NCBI GenBank assembly: GCA_964016885.1
Contig: OZ024745.1
Location: forward strand, 91,016,001-91,080,000
Source: Eledone cirrhosa
Taxonomy: Eukaryota
Reading direction: 5' to 3'
DNA length: 64,000 nucleotides
A program made the translations under genes and the position numbers. Shown one piece after another: positions 38,676 to 51,612 of this stretch. The notes under the pieces were generated by a model, which saw only the letters and a program-made list of their open reading frames with translations, was not told the origin of the DNA and made no database searches. Positions within the stretch are counted from its first letter, which is position 1. Each line of letters begins with the position of its first letter.

Positions 38676-40712
38676 GAGGGACCAGCAGTGCAAGTTGAAG
38701 GTAGTATAATAAGTAAGGCAATCAAAGATATGAAGACGGGCAAGGCGGCTGGGCCTTCGGAGATAGTTGCTGAAATGCTGAAAGCATCTGGAACGGTGGG
38801 ACACATTATGGTCACCCGGATAGTAAACCAAGTCATACAGAATGGGGTCGTACCAAAGGACTGGCGTAGCAGCACCATCATTAACTGCTACAGGGTAAAA
38901 GAGATGCCCTAGATAGAGGAAACTATAGAGGCATTAAATTAATTGACCAGGTCATGAAGGTCACAGAAAAAGTAATAGCGCAACTAATCAGAGAGCGAAT
39001 TGATCTAGATGAAATGCAGTTCGGGTTTGTGTCAGGTAAAAGTACCACAGACGCTCTTTTCCATGTACGACAACTACAGAAGTACCTAGCTAAAAGTAAA
39101 CCCCTATACTTAGCTTTTGTTGACTTGGAAAAAGCCTTTGACAGAATCCCCCACTCCATTATCTGGTGGGCGCTCAGAAAACTAGGTGTTGATGAATGGC
39201 TTGTGAGAGCTATACAAGCCATGTATAAAGAAACAGTCAGCAAGGTTAGAATTAACAGCGAATATAGTGAAGAGTTTAGCGTAAAAGTTGTTCATCAGAG
39301 CTCTGTCCTTAGCGCCCTCCTATTTATTATTGCCCTTCAGGCTATAACAGAGGAGTTCAAGACCATGGGAACTTCTCTACGCAGATGATCTAACGCTCAT
39401 AGCTGAATCAATGGCTGAACTAGAGAAGAAATTCCAAACATGGAAGCATGGCCTAGAATCAAAAGGCCTTAAAATTAACTTGTCTAAGACTAAAGTTATA
39501 GTATGTAGGAAGGAAAATAGGGCACTGGTCCCCTCAGAAAATGGCCATGCTCAGTGTGTAGGAAAGGAGTAGGCAGAAACTCCATTTTATGTCCCAAATG
39601 CAAAGTATGGGTGCATAAAAGATGTAGTAGGATCACAAGTAAGCTAACTAAGAACATAGATTTTATATGTGGCCGGTGCTCAGGTTCAATAAGTAGAAGC
39701 AAGTGCCCACAGGATACTAGCTCATTCCATTGCCCAGATGGTTCTATAGAAATAGTGGACATTTTCTGTTACCTAGGTGACAAAATCAGCAGTGGTGGAG
39801 GGTGCTCTGAAAGTACAGTAGCTAGAGTCAGAACGGGATGGAAAAAGTTCAGAGAGCTTATACCACTATTGGCCGCTAAAGGTTTCTCTCTAAAAATGAA
39901 AGGCAGGCTGTATGATGCCTGCATACGAACAGCAATGTTACATGGCAGTGAGACTTGGGCATTGTGTGCAGAGGATCTATGCAGACTGGAGAGGAACGAA
40001 GCTTGCATGCTCCGCTGGATGTGTAATAGTAATATACGTGAACAGCAAAGCATAAATGAACTAAGTGAGAAATTAGGAATAAGAGGGATCAGATGCTGTT
40101 TACTCGAGAGAAGACTACGTTGGTATGGTCACGTGATGCGCATAAAAGACGACAGCTGTATAAAAAAGTGCAGGGCGATCAAAATAGACGGTAGCCACGG
40201 AGTAGGCAGACCCAGAAAAACCTGGGACGACTTGATAAATTCCGACCTTACACACACCTCTCCAAGACAATGTCACTGGACCGAGATCTTTGGCGCTATG
40301 CAGTAATACAGAAGACCCGCCTTGCCTAAGTACAAAGTGAAACCTACAGTCAGTAGGCATCTCTTAACAAAAATACACCTCGTCCCACTACCCCTACCCC
40401 CATCTACACCACTCCTTTGAATGTAAAGTTATGTTGGTACCACAACATCCAGTCCAAAATAAATGAGGTCGTGTAGGTGTCACGACAAAAAACACACAGA
40501 TTACGCTGAAATGTGGCCGTGTAGGTAACACGGTAAAAACCTCCTAGTCCACACTGTAAACGTGGTTGGTGTTAGGAAGGGCATCCAGCCGTAGAAAACC
40601 TGCCAGACAGTCTTATACGAGCAAGACAACCAATCTTGCCTCAAGTGGGACAATTCCTGTCTAAACCCATGCTAGCGTGGAAGATGGACGTTAAACGATG
40701 ATGATGATGATA
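38676..40712 (+). mobile_element. 5'-truncated RTE LINE (subfamily B) with PHD-like finger, frameshifted
   Basis: KTGKAAGPS, MQFGFVSGKSTTDA, AFVDLEKAFDR, YADDL, CSVC..CPKC..HKRC..CGRC, YLGD, RWYGHV and a (GAT)n tail. Confidence 0.92.
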
Positions 40713-40719
40713 TATATAT

Positions 40720-41235
40720 AACTGTCACTCCATAGATAAAGACGAGTATCTTTATAGTATGTGTAACTGGCACTCCATAGATAAAGACGAGTATCTTTAT
40801 AGTATGTGTAACTGGCACTCCATAGATAAAGACGAGTATCTTTATAGTATGTGTAACTGGCACTCCATAGATAAAGACGAGTATCTTTATAGTATGTGTA
40901 ACTGGCACTCCATAGATAAAGACGAGTATCTTTATAGTATGTGTAACTGGCACTCCATAGATAAAGACGAGTATCTTTATAGTATGTGTAACTGGCACTC
41001 CATAGATAAAGACGAGTATCTTTATAGTATGTGTAACTGGCACTCCATAGATAAAGACGAGTATCTTTATAGTATGTGTAACTGGCACTCCATAGATAAA
41101 GACGAGTATCTTTATAGTATGTGTAACTGGCACTCCATAGATAAAGACGAGTATCTTTATAGTATGTGTAACTGGCACTCCATAGATAAAGACGAGTATC
41201 TTTATAGTATGTGTAACTGGCACTCCATAGATTAC
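40720..41235. repeat. Homogeneous 45-bp minisatellite, about 11 copies
   Basis: ACTGGCACTCCATAGATAAAGACGAGTATCTTTATAGTATGTGTA repeated exactly. Confidence 0.97.
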
Positions 41236-41520
41236 AACGACGAGTGTTCCAGTATATCTCCGATCAACAGAATAGCTGGCTTGTGAAATTAACATGCAAG
41301 TAGTTGAGCATTCCACAAACTTGCTTACCTGCAATCGAGTTCTCAGGGAGATTCAGTGTGACACAGAATATGACAAGGTTGGCCTTTCAAAGTATAGGTA
41401 CTATTCATTTTTGCCAATGTGAAATAAAGTGTCTTGCTCAAGGACACAACACACAGCCAGGAATTGAACTCATAACCTTATGATCATGAGCCGAATACCC
41501 TAACCACAAAGCCACATGTC
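41236..41520 (-). mobile_element. tRNA-derived SINE (second family)
   Basis: Minus strand: TGGCTTTGTGGTTAGG (A box), GAGTTCAATTCC (B box), GTGTCCTTGAGCAAGACACTT, ending in a GTT-type tail. Confidence 0.8.
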
Positions 41521-41585
41521 TTCACAAGTATGTATGTATACATATGTTTTAAATATACATACACATACCCTCATATATATGTATA

Positions 41586-41634
<49 letters not shown>

Positions 41635-41658
41635 GTATATATATACACACACATGTAC

Positions 41659-41735
41659 AGGAAAAAGAAGTTGAAAATGCATTTGGAGTCTTTAAATTTT
41701 AAAGACTCCAAATGCATCTTCAACTTCTTTTTCCT
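41659..41735. repeat. Palindrome with 38-bp arms
   Basis: AGGAAAAAGAAGTTGAAAATGCATTTGGAGTCTTTAAA-T-reverse complement, one mismatch; next to (TA)n. Confidence 0.9.
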
Positions 41736-42383
41736 ATATTTTTACTTGTGTGGGATATAAAAAAAACCTTACTTTCTTATATATCATCATCATCACCGTT
41801 TAACATCCATTTTCCATGCTAGCATGGATTAGATGAACTGTCCCATTGTGAGACAAGCCAGGCTGGATGACCATGTCTGGCTCACACAGAACTGATTTTG
41901 GTTTGGTTTCTATGCCCTTTCTAACACCAACCACATTTACAGTGTGGGCTGGATGCTTTTTGTCGTGACACCTACACGACCACTTTACAGTGTGTACTGG
42001 GCACTTAGAAGAGCTGCACATACCTACTATTTTATTCATTTTGCTATATTTCTTGATTATATTCTATATTATAAAGTATTAAAATGTATATGATACTATC
42101 AAGATAATAAAACACAAATGTATGTGCACCTATACATGTGTATTTTAAATCTTCTAACACATTTTAGTACAAAAATATTTTGTTACGTCAAATTACAATT
42201 ACCATTTCTGATATCAGTTGACCTCTTTTCTTATGCTATCTATCTTTTATGAGTATCCATACAGTTCTAAATAAAATGAGTGTTTGGGAAAAGTAATCAT
42301 TTTGATGAACATTGGGAATGCTTCCTGCTGTTTTGATGACCATTTTGATATCTTAAATTAACATTTTTTTTTTCTACTTCTAG

Positions 42384-42488
42384 AATATTCACAAGTTGCT
42401 CTCTGACTCTCGTGATCATAGCAAATCTTTACAGTTTGAAGTGGATGATATGAAACAGAAACTCTCTGATGCTCAGGGAGATATCAAG
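42384..42488 (+). CDS. CCDC149: CCDC149 exon 4 (NIHKLLSDSRDHSKSLQFEVDDMKQKLSDAQGDIK)
   Basis: Polypyrimidine tract plus TAG, AAG|GTATTT donor; matches NLAQLLRDSQ..VQGDNK. Confidence 0.92.
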
Positions 42489-43513
42489 GTATTTTGCGGG
42501 GGAAGGCTTTTTATTTATTTAGTTGTTTAGTTTCCTGTAAAATTATTAGGATTTTAATTCAGTTGAAACAAAGTACAGTCAATATTTGAGGTTTTATGGT
42601 TGAGAAAAATAACCAACATTAACTTTGGCTTTCAAATTATACTTGGCAAGGATTGATACTGTTAAGTTCTCAAAACAAAATACTCAGTATTTCTCTCTCT
42701 TTATCTCTCTATATATTTATCTATCTACCTATCAATCTATCTATCTATCTTTCTATTTAACATTTGTAAATTGGAAATATTTAGTCATCATCCCCAGGCT
42801 GTATATATTATATTTAGTATTTATGGGTTGTATTCATTCAGGTTTCATCTACAGAAAATGTCCATTTGTTAAAGAAAGTTAACCTACTTGGACTTACAGA
42901 ATATATCTTTCTACTCAAAATATAGACAACTTGATTTATTTTATCAGCAGATTTTGGTAGTGCCTACCAATATCTACAAAATGTTTATTCAGTAAACATC
43001 TACAGACAGTATCTATTCAAACCCTCCTTATAAACTGTGTTTATGGAGCCAACATCTACAGGTTATGTCTATTCAACCAACATTAGCTGACTGTCCAATT
43101 AACTCTTAATATCCAGTACCACATGAAACTTCATTAGTAAAACATTCTTGTAAAGTACAAATCAACACTCTGACTGTATTACATTCAAAATTAAAGTTTT
43201 TGATTTACTGCAAATTTTCACAATAATCTGTTCACTGGTAAAAATACTATAAGCATTTGAATAAACAAACTTGTTTTTAGATATTTTCTGCTAAATTATT
43301 ACAAGACCTTAAGTGTTAACATCTATTTTTTTATCTATCCAGTCCATATATATTAACTATGTTTTTTTTCCTAATTTTTAATCAGTTTGTAGTCTCCTTA
43401 AAAATTACAAAACTAACAAAACTACGTCTTTAGCCTGATTACTTGGTGTGAAGTGGTGGGTAGACAAAAATCATCATTAGTAATATTGTTACTGTATATT
43501 TATCTTCAAATAG

Positions 43514-43645
<132 letters not shown>

Positions 43646-45119
43646 TAAACTTTTGTAGAATTGTTTCCTGGTGATTCTTTATTAATTCATGTTTCCTCAA
43701 TCATCATCATCATCATCATTGTTTAACGTCTACTAATGTGAACAAAAATAGACATCAAACTAATGAGGATGAAAATTATGGTGATAACAATTGCTGTTAT
43801 TGATTCTCTATGTGTAACAGAATTTATAAAAAAATTACTTAAAATTTTGGTAGGGTTCAATCTCTGTCAGGAATTGTAGGTAGCAGAAATTGTAGATTTA
43901 TCATCATCATCGTTTTAACATCTATTTTCCTCACTAACATGTGGGACTAAATGCTTTGCAGTATATAGTTTTTTTTTTTTTTTCGTTTACATTCTGAGCA
44001 CCCCAAATTCATAGCTAAGTGTAGATTGTATTATAAAATTCAGCATTTTCATTTCTGATGTCAATTAAGGACTCCATTGTATTGTAGAAACATCCACAGG
44101 TCTGATGAGTGATGGCCATCACAGGATGATTATGAAGACTAGATGGTCACTTTTGCTCTATGTTAAACAATGTAGAGAAATAATTATTTCTACTTTTAGC
44201 ACAAGGCCAGCAATTATCTCAGTGCATTACTGGTACTTTATTTCATCGACCCCGTAAGGATGAAAGGAAGACAAAGTTAACCTCGGCGGGATTAGAGAAA
44301 TAATGATAAAAATGATAGTGGATGATGGGGTTACAGTGCTGCACTTTTCATCACATTGTTATGAGTTCAAATCATATTATCATAGTCATTGTATTGTGTC
44401 CCCGAGCAAAACAGATAACACTACTTACATTAAATTGAGTGATTACAACCATAAAATTATTCCTGAAAAAAAAGACAGCACAAAAGTATACAAATTTACT
44501 AAAAACACCCCAGTAATGTTAATATGGAAACATTGATTTTAAATGGTTGAAGAAAAAAAGCATAAATTCAGTCAATATATTTGTAGAAAATGTATTTATT
44601 TCTAACAACTGATTGTGTATGACTGTGTGTTTATATGGTAAATCACATAAACTATAACATAAAGAATAAAGTTGCCTGTCTAGAGAAGCAAGTAAGTATC
44701 AGTAAGCAGTGGCAGCACTGGTGGAAGGATGAATGCTTTGTTGGTTTTCAGAGCTGAGTTCAATTCCTTCTGCAGGAAAATCTCCCTAGGATGAATCATC
44801 ATTATATCCTATAGAAGGTTTATCATTAATCTACTTAATGTTATGGAATCAGGTGTTCAGCACAAGCTCCCCAACCCCTAAATCTTTAGGATTTATAAAG
44901 AATTAATTAGCTAAAACTAATTAGTCTTTGATTTATTCCTTTCTAATATAGTGTATCATGACTCATACACTTTCCTGACATTTGTACATTATTCTATGTA
45001 CTATACATACACCTTTGATGAGTTGTAGTACACCTGAGCACTGAACACAATAATTTTCATTATTATTATTATATTCTTCTTCTTTATTTGATTCTTAATA
45101 CCACGGTGTGTTTAAACAG

Positions 45120-45292
45120 TATCTACAGCTGGAACGAGACTTGCAACATGTACTGGATGAAAAAGAAGAACAAGAGACTGAAAGAGATGCTTACAAAACA
45201 AAGTATGAACGCTTAAACCAAGAGTTGAACTTCATATTGAAAGGAGATGAGAGGAGAATTCTTGATATCGATGCTTTAGTCATGGAGAATCG
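45120..45292 (+). CDS. CCDC149: CCDC149 exon 6 (YLQLERDLQH...ERLNQELNFILKGDERRILDIDALVMENR)
   Basis: CAG acceptor, CG|GTACGT donor (phase 2); conserved ERLNQELN and D.DAL.MENRYL. Confidence 0.95.
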
Positions 45293-45389
45293 GTACGTTT
45301 CCTTTAAATATCTGTTTAGTTCGGGGATGACATAGTTATGAATTTGGAGGTTGATTTTGTAGGGTGGGTTTTTTTCTATAAACTTCTAG

Positions 45390-45440
<51 letters not shown>

Positions 45441-45902
45441 GAAAGGTGTAGAAATTGTTTTAGCAAGAAGCTAACAGTATTTCATAACATATATGCAACT
45501 ATGTCGTCAAGATGGGAAAAATAGTTAACGTAAGATGTAGGAAAAATAACTCAAACCTATCTCAAAAGAGAATCAGGATATAAATTCATCCACAGAATTT
45601 AGTGAAATCCAGGGAAAAATCAATAGAGCCTTAACTCATGATAAGATAAAGTCTAAAATACTTATCCTTCAATTTGGAAAAACATCAAATGCTCTGTATA
45701 GTCTTAAAGACTATTTCATGAAAACTTTCAGTGTAGATGGTCACGTTTGGTATTCATCATCAACAGAGCTCAACAGATAACCAGGGCTCTCACAGAATTA
45801 TAAGCCAAAAAGGGAATTCTAAAACTGGCTAGTTCACCATCATGCGTGATTATGAAAAATGCACATGAGGAAAAACCACATTATATATATATATATATAT
45901 AT

Positions 45903-48095
45903 GTGGCTGAGAGTAGGAGGTTTGCCAATGTTCTGAAGATCAGAGATGTGCGGTGTTCCACATTGCAAGGCAATGTGTCAATGCAATACAGGATGTTGTT
46001 GGAGATAAATGTATAATAGAACACTGGGTTGTATGAATATAACAAGGACACTCAGTTGTATGTACAATGTTTATTTAACAAGGTTGAGTTATGTAGAGCA
46101 GAATAGTTGACATGCCAAGAGAAATGAAATGGATGAATTAAAGTTAGTTGTATTACCGTTTTGAAGTCATCTCGCAAGAGACCCAGTGGTCTTTACATTA
46201 CCATGTTCAGGTTGCCAGAGAGTATAGCCTCAGCGAACGCGAGCCTAGCCAAAGGGCCAGGCAGGTTAAAAGAGAGGGAGAGAGCTGAAAGCTCTCTCCT
46301 TTATAGGGGTCCCAGGACGGAAGTGACAAAGAAGGCTCTGCCACCTCAACAGGAAGTAACTCCAGCTACTTCCTGTCTAGAGAGCGCTACTGGTGATAAG
46401 GGAGGCAACTCTTGCTACAAATGTGTCCGGAATGATGCCGGTGTACTTAGTGTCACGAATGATCAGAAAAAGGAGGCCTGGAAATGTCATTATGTGGAGA
46501 AGGAATGGGAGAGAGAGAAATTACTCTCAGCAGATCCGACAGAGGAACGAGCTATTGAGATTGATGAATATAGTGTCCAAGAGGCGATTAAGGAAATGAA
46601 AAATGGTAAGGCCGCTGGACCGTCAGGGATAGTTGCTGAGATGCTGAAGGCATCGGGACGTAGGCATTAAACTGGTTGCATCAATCAGGCTATATATGGC
46701 GATGTCATACCCAAAGACTGGTGCAGCAGTATTCTCATAAATTGCTACAAAGGTAAAGGGGATGCTCTGGAGAGGAGCAATTATAGAAGCATAAAGCTGA
46801 TGGATCAGGTTATGAAAGTGGCAGAAAGGATATTAGTGCAACTAATTAGAGAAAGGGTCAAACTAGATGAGATGCAGTTTGGTTTTGTGCCTGGGAAAAG
46901 TACAACAGATGCCCTCTTCTTGGTGAGACAATTACAAGAGAGGTTCTTAGAGAAGAATAAGCCACTATACTTAGCTTTTGTTGACCTAGAGAAGGCCTTT
47001 GATAGGGTACCCCAATCTGTCATCTGGTGGTCCCTAAGGAAACTAGGTGTTGAGGAATGGCTTGTGAGGACATTGAAAACTTTGTACAGAGGTGCTGTCA
47101 GTAAAGTGAGGGTAGGAATGGAGTTTAGTGAGGAATTCCAAATACAAGTAGGCGTACATCAGGGTTAGGTCCTCAGCCCACTCTTGTTCATTATAGTCCT
47201 CCAAGCCATAACAGACGAGTTTAAGACTGGCTGTCCATGGGAACTTCTCTATGCTGACGGTCTGGTTCTTATAGCAGAATCAGTAGAGGAGCTAGAGAAT
47301 AAATTCTGACTATGGAAACAGCAGTTGGAAGCAAGATGACTGAGAGTGAACCTAGCTAAGACAAAAGTGCTGATTAGAAAAGAGGACAAAACTCTGATTC
47401 CATCAGGGAAATGGCCATGTTCGATATGCAAAAAAGGAACTGGCATAAATTCATTAAAATGCACACAATGCAAATCTTGTGTACACAAGAGATGTAGTGG
47501 GATAGCAAGCAAACTAACAGGTAGGGAGAAATACATATGCAGTAGATGTACAGGGAAATTAGACAATAGAAGTCGCATTGATCAACACATTTTTCAAATG
47601 CAGGTGGGTGCTATAGAAGTGATTGATAGCTTCCGGTACCTAGGAGATCAGATTAGCATGGGAGGGGGTGTTCCGAGGCCATAGTATCTAGAATAAGGAA
47701 GGGTTGGAAGAAGTTTATGGAGCTGCTTCCTCTGCTTGTTGGATATGCGATAGCTGGAGAGAAATGAGGCAAACATGCTCCGTTAGATGTGCAATGTCTA
47801 TGTGCATGAATGACCGAGCATGGATGTGTTGAGAGAGAAACTGTGTCTGAGAGGGATAGATTGTAGTGTGCGAGAGAGGAGACTGCGATGGTATGGACAT
47901 GTGATGCGCATGGAGGATGACCGATGGGTGAAGAAGTGCAGGAAATGCCAGTTGAAGGAAGACGTGGTAGAGGTAGACCACGAAAAACATGGGCGGTGGA
48001 GATGACGGACCATGACAAGTGGAGAGATGCTGTGCTGAATAGGACCCGTCCCAGCCTTGCAAGCAGGGAAAAGCGGACGTAAAATGATGATGATA
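45903..48095 (+). mobile_element. RTE LINE (subfamily A), decayed, interrupted by a solo LTR
   Basis: High similarity to 17283-18550; RT motifs with stops; (GAT)n tail; inserted in (TA)n. Confidence 0.9.
46012..46419 (-). mobile_element. 408-bp solo LTR (Gypsy-like)
   Basis: 4-bp TSD AATG (46008-46011 and 46420-46423); removal restores RTE codons GDKCVRND. Minus strand begins TGTAGC and has CTATAAAG upstream of AATAAA. Confidence 0.75.
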
Positions 48096-49247
48096 TATAT
48101 ATATATAAGATAGTATTGAAGTTTGCTTGAAGCATTGTGGAATAATAAAAAATTTGGTCGTTTTGGAAGCCTCAACAACGCAGATGGGTAAATCTCCGGG
48201 TAACAGAATCCGGTGGTGAAGAGAGAGATGTAAGAGGAAATGTAGAATGAGATGTATAGTGTGTAGAGGAACGTAGGAAAGAGCGTAAAAATAATAACAT
48301 GAGATAGAGTTACCTTGGGAGAGATTTAATTGTCCCTATATTTCGGATTTTGCATCCATCAACTGGGGGGTTTTCTGAGGGGGAAAGTTATCTGTCGGAG
48401 AGGAACGGTACGTGGCCTCTGTTGTCCGCCGTTTGTGTGTAACTGAGATATTCTGTAGAGCGTGCGTGCGCGCGGAATAGGTGCGGTCAAGCAAAGGTCG
48501 AGGCAGTTCCTCTTTATTGTGGGATTGGGATGGTGCTAGCTGTCAATCCATTATACTACCTATATTCAGTCTTTGTTACTGGCAGTGTTGGTAGTCTGCT
48601 TGGTCGCTCGTTGGTCGGTGGATGGTGGGGGCGCTATACACACAAGATATATATAATCAAACTAATTATATATGTATGTCATCATCATCATCATCATTTA
48701 ACAGCCATTTTCCATGCTAACATGGGTTAGATGGGTTGTCATGTTTGAGGCATGTTGGGACAGGTGACTGTGTCTTGCTCATACAGAACTGTTTCTGGCT
48801 TAGTTTCTACAGCTGGATACCCTTCCTAACTCCAACCACATATACAGTTGAAAAGTTCATAGGCTCACAAAGATACTCTCGTGGAATGACCAAATGAGGT
48901 TTATTTTTTAACATAGTCCCTAGAAAGAAACAATGCAGTTATTAGTAAGAAGAGTTGGAATAAATGTATGCTAGATTTTACAGTTCTAGCATCACTCCTT
49001 CATAGTCAACCTTTGGTAGATATGTTGACAATTTTTGTCATGTTTCAATTTTATTAGATTTCCTCAGCAATGTATAGTCTAACACATGCTTATCAACACT
49101 CTTTACTGCATATCTCCATTTAATTTTTCATCAATTTAAACTTCAGAGTTCTCATCCTTGAATTGTCATTAATGCTAATAAATTTTTTTATTTATATTTT
49201 TAACTATATTTTTAATACATAGACTACTAGTATTTTCCTGCACCACA

Positions 49248-49610
49248 TCATCATCATCATCATCATCATCATCGTTTAACGTCCATCTTCCACGCTAGCA
49301 TGGGTTTGGACGGGAATTTTCCCACTTGAGGCAAGATTGGTTGTCTTGCTCGTATAGGACTGTCTGGAGGGTTTTCTACGGCTGGATGCCCTTCCTAACA
49401 CCAACCACGTTTACAGTGTGGACTGGGAGGTTTTTACTGTGTTACCTACACGGCCACATTACAGCGTGGACTGTGTGTTTTTTTGTTGTGACACCTACAC
49501 GCCCTCATTTGTTTCGGACTGGATGCTGTGGTACCAACATAACTTTACATTGGGAGGGGTGGTGTGGATGGGGTGGGGGTAGTGGGGCCGGGGTGTATTT
49601 TTGTTAGAGG
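49248..49610 (-). mobile_element. RTE subfamily B 3' UTR fragment
   Basis: Reverse complement of about 40365-40710, including the (GAT)n tail. Confidence 0.88.
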
Positions 49611-49888
49611 TGCCCCCATGTGTAGATAAACAAATAATTTACATATGAAATATATAGGAAATATTAATAAAAATAAATGTAATGTAAATGTATTTGTCAA
49701 GTGGAAAAGGAAAATTATCAGCCTTTGAGGCATAGAGCAGAAAGAATAGAAAAGAAGAGAATCTGTATTGTTATACAGGGATATTGTTAAGTAGGGATGT
49801 GGTTTTTTTAGCAGATGATGATGATGTTGGGATTGGTTGTTGGGAGTTCTAATGATTTTGAGTTTCATTCATGTGTTATATGTTGTAG

Positions 49889-49961
49889 ATACTTACAAGA
49901 AAGGCTCAAGCAAATGGAAGAGGAAAAAACAATGGCAATGGCCACAGCTTCCAAATATAAG
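49889..49961 (+). CDS. CCDC149: CCDC149 exon 7 (YLQERLKQMEEEKTMAMATASKYK)
   Basis: GTAG acceptor in phase 2, AAG|GTAATG donor; conserved YLQERLKQ..KYK. Confidence 0.95.
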
Positions 49962-49985
49962 GTAATGATTTTACTGTTTAGTTAA

Positions 49986-50482
49986 CCCATTAGCATTTAT
50001 ATTACTCTATATCAGTGAATCCCAACCTTTTGTGCACCATGCCCCACCTCAACATCTCAAAAATTGTTATGTTTCACTTTTAATATGAAAACAGCAATGA
50101 TCAACTGCAAAGTGTAAAGAAATTGGCATATAGGTAGTGCTAGGTGTATAATAACATGTGTGAAGGAGGTGAGATAATAGTTTCTGACAGTAATGTGTAC
50201 CAAAGTTGCCTTGGTATAAAAGTAATAAGGTAAACCTGAAGTTTGTTCTCATTAACATCATTTTCAAATTGCTCCCACTGCTCTCTATATACTATTGTAT
50301 TTTTGTGGTAAAGGCTTTACCTAACATAATTATCTCACATAATATTGAATCTATGAGATTTTGATGTTATTTATTTTGAGAACAATACGTTAACTTCAGT
50401 ATGAGAGGCCGGTTATGGCCAGTTTGAACAGAAAGAGGTGAGAGAATTCTAGCCGGATATGACCTGCTTAAATGCTAAAGGG
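49986..50482. mobile_element. piggyBac-like MITE carrying a nested hAT-type insert (50013-50280)
   Basis: TTAA TSDs. Insert is CAGTG..CACTG with 8-bp TSD CTCTATAT/CTCTCTAT; the 34598 copy shows the empty site. Confidence 0.8.
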
Positions 50483-50507
50483 TTAACTATCTATTTGTTT
50501 ATCTTGC

Positions 50508-51612
50508 GTTCGATAGGGTCGACCATGGTTACCTGGATGCAGTGCTAGCGGCGGCAGGCTTCAGACCCGTTTTCAGGGGCTGGATCAATGCCATGCACAG
50601 CAGCCGCATCTCCTCTAGTGTCAAGGTGAAAGGCTACCTCTCGGAGCCGTTCAAAATTGCGCGGTCCATCCGACAAGAATGGAGAATCCACCTCGTCATT
50701 CTATAGAGGGCTGGTGGTTAGCAGGTGCGACAACGCCCTCGGAGAAGCCCTAGGCATGGAGGAAGACGAACTGGACAACCTGTTCGGTAGGACATTCAGC
50801 CCGGGACCCATGGATAACTTCTAGAGGTCCCTGGCCTGGCAGTGCTACCGAGAAGCTCTGCCCGTTCGAGAAAGGCTCTACAGACATGGGCGCCCGGGTA
50901 GGGACCCCTCGAAAAAGATCTGTCCCAGATGCGTGTGCGACGAGGAAACCATTGCACACACATTGGTACACTGCTCGGGCATTGCCGATCTGTGGGGCTA
51001 TGTCGAACAACTGCTGTCAAGGGTGGGACCGATCCGGTTGACCACCGAGTCTATTGTAACGATCAAGCCGCCTTCCCTGTTCAAAAACGAAGGAGAGGCG
51101 GTGTTTATGTGCGTAATAGCCATGGCAAAAGAGGTTGTATGGTGGACGCGTCTGAAAGGACTGAGGTCAGGCACCTTTCTCTCTGGCCAACAACTGGTCC
51201 GTTTCTTCCGATATCATTACGGAAGAAGGATCAGGATGGAGAGAGAGAGGTGCTCCACCCCAGTCGTTTTTATGAAAGATGGGTGAAAGTGGCGAGAATG
51301 GCCCATGTGAATGGGCCTTCACTCTACGTCAGACTATAGGTGAGGAAGATGAAAGACCAAGGGAGCACCCCCTCTCTGTGCTCCTGAGGAGAAGGGTTGC
51401 ACACTTTTTTTCGGGGGGTGTGTGCGACCCCCCAAGGCTCCTCCTCCCTATTCAGGATATTGTTATAAAATTTATTTTGTTATATTTTATTTTATTTTTA
51501 TACTTTTATATCTTGTTATTGCCTCCTCCATATTGAGGACACCTTTGCATGTAAACTCCCCCCTTTGTACTTGTCCCACTTTTGATGCCCTGGTGGCAAA
51601 TAAAAAGAAAGT
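50508..51612 (+). mobile_element. Second L1/Tx1 copy, 5'-truncated and internally deleted
   Basis: Matches 13980-14147 joined to 14988-15908; 20-bp TSD TATCTATTTGTTTATCTTGC at 50488-50507 and 51613-51632. Confidence 0.95.

Noticed and set aside
40672-41334. Repeat-protein ORFs on both strands
   Set aside because: By-product of a 45-bp tandem unit inside an intron.
45465-45520. Minus-strand hammerhead-like TTGACGA..GAAAT
   Set aside because: The core lacks the invariant C and stems I and III do not pair convincingly; at most a decayed relic.
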